Shown here in pieces: positions 8,262 through 14,621 of a stretch of 16,843 nt of DNA (within the stretch, counting starts at the first letter, position 1; every line of letters starts with the position of its first letter). The notes beneath the pieces were generated by a model. That model did not search any database. It saw nothing but the letters and a program-made list of their open reading frames with translations, and was not told where the DNA came from. The translations under genes were made by a program, and so were the position numbers. Origin of the DNA: Puniceicoccales bacterium (GTDB lineage Bacteria; Verrucomicrobiota; Verrucomicrobiia; Opitutales; JAIRLG01). The stretch spans positions 1 to 16,843 of the forward strand of contig JAITRB010000012.1 of NCBI GenBank assembly GCA_031288595.1, read 5' to 3'.

Positions 8262-9286
8262 GGCAACACCCTCCATAGACTGTAGCGAAGGACGAGTTCT
8301 AGGAGCAGGAACATCCATGCGATGAGGACGAAAATGGCGAAATACTCCTTCGTCTCCACATAGGCCTGTAGCTCGATTTCCGTCTTTTCCTGCTCATCGA
8401 TGGTCCGGTAGATCTCGCTGAATTCCTTGTGATTGTGGGCATGGAAGAAGCGCCCCTGCGTGGTCTCGGCTATTTTCTGCAGTACCGCTGTATCCAGTGA
8501 GAGTTCGGCCTGCACTATCTGGGGCTCTCCAAAGCGATTGACGATGGGGTTGCCGTCCTGGCCAACCATGAGAATGGGAACCACTCCTTCTTTCCCGATG
8601 CCGATGCTGTAGATTTTGATCCCGTAGCGCGCAGCCGCTTCCGCAGCGATTTCAGGGGATACATTCCCTCTGTTGTTGATCCCATCCGTCAGCAAGATGA
8701 GGATTTTGGACTTCGCCTCCATATCTCGCAGGCGATTACAACCGGCTAGGATGGCGGAACCGATGGCAGTGCCATCCGGAATACTGCCGATGTGAAGGCG
8801 CTCGAGGTTCTGAATCAACCATTCGTGGTTAAAGGTGACGGGGCTCACCACGTAGGATTCGGAGGCGAAGCCGATGAGCCCGATGCGATCGTGGGGGCGC
8901 TTTTCGATGAACTCCGCCGTGAGTTTTTTGGCCACGTCCAGTCGGGTGACGAGCGGCTTCGAGGGCTCCCAAAAGTCGAGGGCCGTCATCGACGATGAGA
9001 GGTCGAGGGCGATGACGATGTCAACGGCGTCCTGATGGGTCTCCTGGGATTTTTCCACGTGCTGGGGCCTCGCCAGCGCGAAGATGAGAAAGATCAGGCC
9101 CCAGGCCCTGAGGGCAAATAGTATCCGTTGAGGAGTGCTCTGGGGAGATGAGTGGCCCTTTTGCATAGGCCAGAGGCTGGGAAAGCGAACGCTGGGCCGG
9201 CGAAAGCGGCGCAGGCTCTCGTAGAGCAGCGGCAACAGCAACAGGAGCAGGAGCCAGAAGGGTGAAAAGAGTCGATAACTAGCCAT
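8258..9286 (-). CDS. batA: BatA-like von Willebrand factor A domain membrane protein (342 aa)
   Basis: It has an N-terminal TM (FWLLLLLLLPLLY). The VWA domain carries the MIDAS motif DLSSS in DIVIALDLSSSMTALDF, plus ILLTDGINN. There is a C-terminal TM (FAIFVLIAWMFLLLELVL). Its start overlaps the upstream gene's stop by 8 nt. Confidence 0.85.
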   Translation of the reverse strand: MASYRLFSPFWLLLLLLLPLLYESLRRFRRPSVRFPSLWPMQKGHSSPQSTPQRILFALRAWGLIFLIFALARPQHVEKSQETHQDAVDIVIALDLSSSMTALDFWEPSKPLVTRLDVAKKLTAEFIEKRPHDRIGLIGFASESYVVSPVTFNHEWLIQNLERLHIGSIPDGTAIGSAILAGCNRLRDMEAKSKILILLTDGINNRGNVSPEIAAEAAARYGIKIYSIGIGKEGVVPILMVGQDGNPIVNRFGEPQIVQAELSLDTAVLQKIAETTQGRFFHAHNHKEFSEIYRTIDEQEKTEIELQAYVETKEYFAIFVLIAWMFLLLELVLRYSLWRVLP

Positions 9287-9944
9287 GGGCGGCAGAAATA
9301 GCTGAATTTCCGGCCCCAGGAGAGGCTGGAGCCGCTCTGAGTTTCTCCCTTTGCTCTTGGCGGTAGAGGCGACGCAGGGTCAGGCCCAAAGTGCAGGTCT
9401 TGAGGTAGAGCGCACGTCGCTCCAGCACCGACAGCTCCTGACCGGCGAATTTGACCTGGTCGCTGAAGCGCAGCACATCGCAGAGCGCGCTCTGGGTCTC
9501 CCAATTAACGCGTTCGATCTGTTGGAAACTGTGCAGGAACTCCTCCGTCGTTTGCGTGCGGCTCTGGCGCGGGAATTCCCGCTCGATATAGCGGCGCACC
9601 CCTGTCGAGAGCAGTGTGGCGAAGGCCTTCGACTGCGCCAGCGACAGAGTTTGGCGGGCCTTCTTCAAATCCACCATCAGCTGCTCCGCCGAACTGAGGA
9701 CCTCTTCCGGAATATCGTGCCGGCGGCGCTTGAGCATCCAGGCCGTGACTCCGAGTGCCGTCAGCAGCAGCGCGAAGAGGAGGATTAAGAAATAGCGAAG
9801 CCCGAGACTTCCCGTCTCCACCGGCAGCTCGGACGGAACCCATTCCAGAGCTTCCACTTCCTCCGAGACCGTCTCTGCGCACAGGGGAAGCCCCATGCCC
9901 CAGTAGAACAGAGCACAAAAGCACTTCGAGACCCTTGATGCCAT
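9279..9944 (-). CDS. DUF4381-like single-pass membrane protein, first gene of the Bat-like operon (221 aa)
   Basis: It has a signal-like N-terminus, one TM (YFLILLFALLLTALGVTAWML), then a helical region ending ...VLRFSDQVKFAG. This resembles the small membrane protein that precedes batA in Bat operons. It is translationally coupled to the batA-like gene. The family assignment is from memory of the architecture, not a search. Confidence 0.55.
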   Translation of the reverse strand: MASRVSKCFCALFYWGMGLPLCAETVSEEVEALEWVPSELPVETGSLGLRYFLILLFALLLTALGVTAWMLKRRRHDIPEEVLSSAEQLMVDLKKARQTLSLAQSKAFATLLSTGVRRYIEREFPRQSRTQTTEEFLHSFQQIERVNWETQSALCDVLRFSDQVKFAGQELSVLERRALYLKTCTLGLTLRRLYRQEQREKLRAAPASPGAGNSAISAAHG

Positions 9945-9962
9945 AAAATGCGATGGTTTTTT

Positions 9963-9990
9963 CGGATAAAAATTGCGATTTACATGTCAA
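9963..9990 (-). promoter_or_regulatory. Candidate sigma70-type promoter for the Bat-like operon
   Basis: The minus strand reads TTGACA (9990-9985), 16 nt, then TATCCG (9968-9963), about 20 nt upstream of the ATG at 9944. The -35 is perfect and the -10 is weak (3/6). Confidence 0.25.
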
Positions 9991-10087
9991 TAAATGAGTC
10001 CATGGGCTAGCTTTTTTCATGGAGAGCTTGGGAAGCAGGGGCAGAAATTTTCGCTCGCGACCAAGTTTTGTATCGAACTCGTCGGAA

Positions 10088-10108
10088 TACATATTTAAAA
10101 AATATGTA
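10088..10108. promoter_or_regulatory. Perfect 21-bp palindrome TACATATTT-AAA-AAATATGTA in the divergent intergenic region (candidate operator)
   Basis: The 9-bp arms at 10088-10096 and 10100-10108 are exact reverse complements with a 3-nt spacer. It sits about 70 bp upstream of the ATG at 10179 and about 145 bp upstream of the minus-strand ATG at 9944, in the most AT-rich stretch of the window. Confidence 0.3.
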
Positions 10109-10178
10109 AAAAATAACCTTGAGTTTCCATCGACTCTCTGGCAGAAGTTCGGCCGAAAGGACAACCCATACTTAGGAC

Positions 10179-10721
10179 ATGAAAAATATTCTCTTCTGGA
10201 GTCTGATTCAAGCCGCGCCAGGGGAAACGCAAGTCCCTGAGGCTTTTGAAAGCGGCGAACTCGAGAAGGCGATTCAAGATCACGCCATCCAGCAATTGGT
10301 GCTCTTCGCTGTCCCCGAGTGGCGTCTGGTGCTCGAGGAATTCTGGATGCGCTGGCAGCAGAAAAATCCTGACTGCGAGCTCTGCGTCGAGTATATCCCC
10401 ACCATCCATCCTTCCTGTGGCGTTCTGAAGGCGGCCATGCAGCTGCATCTGCCCGATAGGAAAATCCACCGCGGATGGTGCTCTCTGAGCAACTCCCAAT
10501 CGTCCCACGAGGCATTCAAACAGGCTCTGGATGCTCTGTCGGAAGATCTGAAGTACCAGATCGTCTGGATAGATCTTAATCTTCCCGGCTCCCAAGAGGA
10601 GAAATTTTCTCTGCCGAAGCAGGAGGAGGAAGACCCCTACCATTGGTCCATCTTCGAAAAGGTGAGAGCTTTCGATGCCGAAAAAGCTCCGGCAACTGCC
10701 GAGTCTCCCAAGGCCAGCTGA
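10179..10721 (+). CDS. Hypothetical protein (180 aa), no family recognised
   Basis: Codons show the same G/C-rich third-position pattern as neighbouring genes, and the antisense competitor 10095..10643 does not. There is no signal peptide or TM. The protein contains CELC (CxxC) plus HPSC and HRGWC, and an acidic, probably disordered C-terminus. Confidence 0.6.
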   Translation: MKNILFWSLIQAAPGETQVPEAFESGELEKAIQDHAIQQLVLFAVPEWRLVLEEFWMRWQQKNPDCELCVEYIPTIHPSCGVLKAAMQLHLPDRKIHRGWCSLSNSQSSHEAFKQALDALSEDLKYQIVWIDLNLPGSQEEKFSLPKQEEEDPYHWSIFEKVRAFDAEKAPATAESPKAS

Positions 10722-10858
10722 GGCTTATGGAGATGCCTATAGTCGCTTCAGCTCTTTGGAATAGAACGCTGTTCCTTCAAGGGGACCGGGGGATGCCGAG
10801 GGCTTAGGTTTAAAATCCATGAGGTCCCGAGATAGAGGATTTCATTGCTTTTTTGTCT

Positions 10859-10953
10859 CTCGCTGTCTTTGGATCCCAAAGGGATCGCCCGCTACGCGGG
10901 CCACAAGGAGCGAAAAAGCATCCTGCTTTTTCGCTCCTTGCAAAGACAGCGAG
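10859..10953. repeat. Structured intergenic repeat, copy 2 (closing stem plus three hairpins, 95 nt)
   Basis: 10859-10871 pairs perfectly with 10941-10953 (13 bp). The enclosed hairpins are 10872-10877/10881-10886, 10887-10892/10896-10901 and 10905-10920/10924-10939. It has the same order, spacing and + strand orientation as copy 1. Confidence 0.75.
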
Positions 10954-11095
10954 CGCAGTTCCCATCAGCATCTTTCCCGCCGCAGGAAAATTTGGGATAT
11001 AGGTCTTAAACGGACAATCATTAGCTCCTTAAAGCTACTGACCTTCCCATATTTTCGACAGATAGGGGCAATGGAGCGAGTCTTGCGAACAGCAC

Positions 11096-11125
11096 TTGAC
11101 AGATCTCTCCTTCATCCGCAATCTT
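11096..11125 (+). promoter_or_regulatory. Candidate promoter for rnpB
   Basis: A perfect TTGACA lies at 11096-11101. After 17-18 nt comes only a weak -10 (CAATCT/AATCTT at 11119-11125), just upstream of the predicted RNase P RNA 5' end. Confidence 0.3.
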
Positions 11126-11126
11126 A

Positions 11127-11510
11127 GAGCTGTCTGGGGGTGAGAGGTTCACTTCGGTCATTGGGCTGAAGAGGAAAGTCCGGACACCACAGAGCAGAAT
11201 GCCCCACGAAAGTGGGGGTACGCGGAGATCAAGGCCGCGTAACGGCCAGTGCAACAGAGAATATACCGCCTTCGGGTAAGGGTGAAAAGGTGCGGCAAGA
11301 GCGCACCGCGCCTGGAGTGATTCAGGTGGCAGGGCAAACCCCATTCGGTGCAAGACAGAATAGGAGATAGAGTGGCTCGCTCGTCAGAAATCTCGGGTTC
11401 GTCGCACTTCCTTCCGGGAAGAGGTCCCGAAAGAGACCTTTCGAGATCTAGAGAAATGAGCCTCGGGGCCTTGAGCCCCAACAGAATCCGGCTTACCCCC
11501 CAGACCTTTC
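11127..11510 (+). ncRNA. rnpB: RNase P RNA, bacterial type A
   Basis: The universally conserved P4 strands GAGGAAAGTCCGGAC and ACAGAATCCGGCTTA are both present. P1 is formed by GTCTGGGGG (11132-11140) pairing with CCCCCAGAC (11496-11504). GNRA/UUCG-type capped helices occur throughout. The length of about 380 nt fits, and the ends are uncertain by a few nt. Confidence 0.93.
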
Positions 11511-11763
11511 TCTTCTTGGCTCTTGGGGAGATGGGGGACTAAGGCTTCGGCCTTGAGCTGCTACTCCTGCAGTAGGTCCGGACCTCACTTCGTCCGATGA
11601 GACATCAGATCTTATGCAGGTCTTATGTTGAAATTTCAATATCCCTTTGGACAAAGGGAAGTGGACAGATGTGTGTACGGCCGATGCGGAGAAAGAGCTT
11701 TTAAAGAGAACGGAGATTGACAGCCGGCAGCGGAATGACTCTGATGGGAGTCCCGATAAAACA

Positions 11764-12426
11764 ATGTATGCGGCTTCGGTTCTAAGTTCTTTAATCCAAA
11801 ACTTGAGTGAATTCATGGGGCAGTTGAGCCTCCTGGCCATCTTACTGTTCTATCTCAGCCTGAGCTCTATCTATCCGGAACGGATGCGCCTCGACATGGC
11901 CCGAAAGGCCTGCTGGGCGGCAGGGGGACTGCTCGGCTTTTTCGCCCTGACGGGTGAATTTTTCTTCCAAACACTCCGCATCGGCCCCTGCACCCTTTTC
12001 TTCGCGAGTGGGATCATCCTCTTCGCCGTGGGTTTCCGTCTCCTCAATGAGCAGAAGTCGGATCTTTCCCTCTCGGAAGAGAAGGCCGGCGATGACGGGA
12101 GCCTCTCTGGCCTGCCGGATATTTCCCTCATCCCTCTGGCCATCCCCCTGATCGCCCGTCCCTCCGCCATCCTCTTCCTCATTCGGGAACACAGCGCCGC
12201 CAGGGGCTTGGAAAATGCTCTCTCCTGTCACCTCATCCGCACTCTGAGCGTCGTGATAGCCATTTTCTTCCTATATTTCCTGCTTTTCCTGGTCGGCAAA
12301 GGACTCCACTGGCTTCACCCCGTCCTATTAAAGCTCTGCTACCGCCTCTCCGGGCTCTTTCTCCTCGCCATGTCCCTGCAGTTCATCATGGCAGGGCTGC
12401 GGGATGCTATATTATCTAGATTTTGA
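11764..12426 (+). CDS. MarC-family (UPF0056) integral membrane protein (220 aa)
   Basis: Three stretches align by eye with E. coli MarC. LRIGPCTLFFASGIILFAVGFRLL matches the RIAGGLIVAFIGFRML region. DISLIPLAIPLIARPSAI matches NIAFVPLAMPSTAGPGTI. RLSGLFLLAMSLQFIMAGL matches RLMGFLLVCMGVQFIINGI. The track ORF starts at a TTG at 11647 with a hydrophilic non-family extension, so I prefer the ATG at 11764 (the ATG at 11815 is also possible). Confidence 0.75.
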   Translation: MYAASVLSSLIQNLSEFMGQLSLLAILLFYLSLSSIYPERMRLDMARKACWAAGGLLGFFALTGEFFFQTLRIGPCTLFFASGIILFAVGFRLLNEQKSDLSLSEEKAGDDGSLSGLPDISLIPLAIPLIARPSAILFLIREHSAARGLENALSCHLIRTLSVVIAIFFLYFLLFLVGKGLHWLHPVLLKLCYRLSGLFLLAMSLQFIMAGLRDAILSRF

Positions 12427-12583
12427 GACCTGAGCTTGGGCGTGAGCTGTAGTTGAAAAAGAGTTTCTAGGATCGTCCTCTGACGAGGGGTATACGGGCT
12501 GGTGCTTTGGAATAAAGATCCCTCACGGTTTAGAGATTGACGCGGATGCTCGGGCTCGCTACACCTTGTGAGCTGGGGGTCAT

Positions 12584-13918
12584 GTGAATATCGAGATTCA
12601 GGATGTCGATGAGCTGCGAAAAGTCGCGACGCTCAGTTGCGATCCCCAACAGATAGAAAAAGAGGAAGATCTGATTCTGGAGGTCTTTTGCAAGGATGTT
12701 CAGCTCTCCGGTTTTCGGAAAGGTAAGGTGCCGAAAGAAATGGTCAGACGACGATTCGCCGGAGAGATCCAGCAGCGCCTGCATCAGAAACTCATCCAGA
12801 GCACCTATGAGGATTTGTTGAAGGAGAAGAAGTGGGAGGTCTTTGCGCTTGTGGTCGTCGATGGGCCGGAAGGGAATCCGGAAAAAGGACTCCAAATAAG
12901 CTTTACGCTGGACCTTCGACCGGAAGTAAAACTGGAAGATTACCGGCATTTTCCCCTCACGCCCTTCTCCATTGAGGTGGGGGCATCGGAACTTGAAAAG
13001 AGCCTCCAAGACTTGCGCCGGCAGCACGCGGATTACCGGAAAGTCGATCGGGCGGCCCAGAAGGGCGATTTCGTCCGCCTGAATTACAGAGGCATTTTAT
13101 CCGACGGTTCCGAGATCTCCAAGTGGGCCGAGGCCTGGCCAGTTCTGGGCGAGCAGCGCAACGTCTGGGAAGAAGCAGGAGCGGACGAACCCTCCGGTCT
13201 TCGCTGCATCGCCGATGCCCTTGTGGGACTCCAGGAGGGCGATGCCCGGGAAATCTCCACAGATTTCCCCGCCAATTTCGAGGTTCCGACCTTGGCAGGC
13301 CAAGCGGCGAGCTACCAGCTTCAGGTACTGGAGGTTCGCGAACCGGTTCTGCCCGAATGGGATGCGGATTTCTTTCACAAGATGAGGGTGGATACTCTCG
13401 AAGCACTGAAAGAAAAGGTTTTTCAGGAGCTTCAGGCCTACAAGAGGCAGCAGGGACGCCAGGCGCAGCGAGAGGAACTTATCCGCCTCCTCCTGAGCCG
13501 CGTTTCCTTCCCGATTCCGGAAAGCGCCATCATCGCCGAACAGGAACGTCTGCTGAAAAATTTCACGGAGCAGCAGGCACCCCATATCCTCAACTCCCCT
13601 GGATTCAAGAATCGCCAGAAGGAATTTTTTGAGCAGGCTTTGGCTCCGGCTCGCCAGCGGGCGGCGCTGAATTTTATTCTAGAGCATGTGGCGGAAAAGG
13701 AAAAAATAGGACTGACATCGGAAGATATGCAGCGGGTTTTGCTTCAGGATGCGGCGGCTTTACGCATCCCAGCGGAAAAGCTCCTCCAGGAGATGCAGCA
13801 GGATCGCCAGCGTCTGCGGGAGATGCAGCAGCGTGTGATTCTTAGCAAAGCACTTGATTTTCTTCTGGCCATTAATACCGAAACTTCGGATCCTTTGCCA
13901 GAAGCCAGGAAAGCGTAA
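12584..13918 (+). CDS. tig: Trigger factor (444 aa), GTG start
   Basis: The N-terminal ribosome-binding signature is GFRKGKVP in [16 protein letters not shown]. There is a central FKBP-like region ([10 protein letters not shown]...) and a helical C-terminal domain. It lies immediately upstream of clpP (4-nt gap), the classical tig-clpP arrangement. A GGGGG Shine-Dalgarno-like run sits just upstream of the GTG. Confidence 0.92.
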   Translation: MNIEIQDVDELRKVATLSCDPQQIEKEEDLILEVFCKDVQLSGFRKGKVPKEMVRRRFAGEIQQRLHQKLIQSTYEDLLKEKKWEVFALVVVDGPEGNPEKGLQISFTLDLRPEVKLEDYRHFPLTPFSIEVGASELEKSLQDLRRQHADYRKVDRAAQKGDFVRLNYRGILSDGSEISKWAEAWPVLGEQRNVWEEAGADEPSGLRCIADALVGLQEGDAREISTDFPANFEVPTLAGQAASYQLQVLEVREPVLPEWDADFFHKMRVDTLEALKEKVFQELQAYKRQQGRQAQREELIRLLLSRVSFPIPESAIIAEQERLLKNFTEQQAPHILNSPGFKNRQKEFFEQALAPARQRAALNFILEHVAEKEKIGLTSEDMQRVLLQDAAALRIPAEKLLQEMQQDRQRLREMQQRVILSKALDFLLAINTETSDPLPEARKA

Positions 13919-13922
13919 AATT

Positions 13923-14537
13923 ATGAGTTACTTACCTTTGCCCTATGTCTACGAGCGCGACGGTCGCCAGGAACGCTCCTGGGACATCTACAGCCGCCTC
14001 CTCAAGGATCGCATCATCTTCATCGGAACGGATATCGATGACTTTGTGGCCAATGCCGTGGTGGCCCAACTGCTCTTCTTGCAGATGGAGGATGCTCACA
14101 AGGACATCCACATCTACATCAACTCCCCGGGCGGCAGCATCACGGACGGCATGGCCATCTACGACACGATGCGCTTCATGAGCTGCGATGTGCTGACCTA
14201 CTGCATCGGCCAAGCGGCCAGCATGGCAACCATCCTTTTGGCTGCCGGAACGAAGGGGAAGCGCTACGCCCTACCCCACAGCCGCATGATGATCCACCAG
14301 CCCTCCGGCGGAGCCGGCGGACAGGCGGCCGACATCTCCATCGCGGCGAAGGAAATTGTCCGGTGGCGCAAAACTCTCAACGAAGTGCTGTCTCTCGCCA
14401 CGGGGCAGGACATCGGAAAGATCGAGAAGGACTCCGATCGGGACTTCTTCATGACCCCCGAGGAGGCGAAGATCTATGGTATCATCGACGAAGTGGTCGT
14501 CCAGCAGATCCATCCCGCGTCAGAGGAAAAGCCCTGA
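13923..14537 (+). CDS. clpP: ATP-dependent Clp protease proteolytic subunit ClpP (204 aa)
   Basis: The catalytic triad context is clear: GQAASMA (Ser), MIHQPSGG (His) and DRDFFM (Asp). I trimmed the track ORF from 13854 to the ATG at 13923 (MSYLPLPYV...) because the extension overlaps the tig 3' end and is not ClpP-like. An AGGAAAG lies about 10 nt upstream. Confidence 0.95.
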   Translation: MSYLPLPYVYERDGRQERSWDIYSRLLKDRIIFIGTDIDDFVANAVVAQLLFLQMEDAHKDIHIYINSPGGSITDGMAIYDTMRFMSCDVLTYCIGQAASMATILLAAGTKGKRYALPHSRMMIHQPSGGAGGQAADISIAAKEIVRWRKTLNEVLSLATGQDIGKIEKDSDRDFFMTPEEAKIYGIIDEVVVQQIHPASEEKP

Positions 14538-14621
14538 GAGGACTCAGGGACGCTTTGGAGGAATTGCAATTGGCTGAGAAGTCGGTGGATCTGCCGGGAT
14601 AGTGGCTTTCCTTTGTAGCGC

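Noticed and set aside
9994-10098. A 34-codon small ORF (MSPWASFFHGELGKQ...) in the divergent intergenic region, ending inside the 21-bp palindrome.
   Set aside because: It has no convincing ribosome-binding site, no compositional support, and is too short to evaluate from sequence alone.
9505-10515. A 336-aa minus-strand ORF running from the orphan gene across the AT-rich intergenic region into the DUF4381-like gene.
   Set aside because: It spans a divergent promoter region and overlaps two better-supported genes in other frames. The translation is Arg/Gly/Ala/Ser-rich without features.
10095-10643. A 182-aa minus-strand ORF competing with 10179..10721 (+).
   Set aside because: Third-position G/C enrichment and ordinary amino-acid composition favour the + strand frame. 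The minus frame begins inside the promoter region. The + strand call is still only moderate confidence.
11021-11542. Track ORFs 11021..11353 (-), 11158..11481 (-) and 11348..11542 (+).
   Set aside because: They lie on top of the RNase P RNA gene, whose conserved P4 and P1 elements explain the region. Structured GC-rich RNA genes commonly yield spurious ORFs.
11647-11763. The N-terminal 39-codon extension (TTG start) of the MarC-family ORF. Similar 5' extensions occur in the track ORFs for clpP (13854), the batE-like gene (4206) and the batB-like gene (8318).
   Set aside because: The extensions are hydrophilic or non-family sequence. In three cases they overlap the preceding gene, whereas the internal ATGs give signal/TM N-termini or ATGA stop-start coupling.
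12530-13632. Antisense and off-frame ORFs over tig: 12530..13027 (-), 12957..13406 (-), 13097..13585 (-) and 13123..13632 (+).
   Set aside because: The trigger factor frame is unambiguous (GFRKGKVP signature, full length). The alternatives are shadow ORFs.
14532-14549. A hairpin CCCTGAG-AGGA-CTCAGGG overlapping the clpP stop codon, considered as an intrinsic terminator.
   Set aside because: It has only 7 bp and is followed by ACGCTTTGG rather than a T-run. That is too weak to call a terminator, and at most it is a leaky attenuator.
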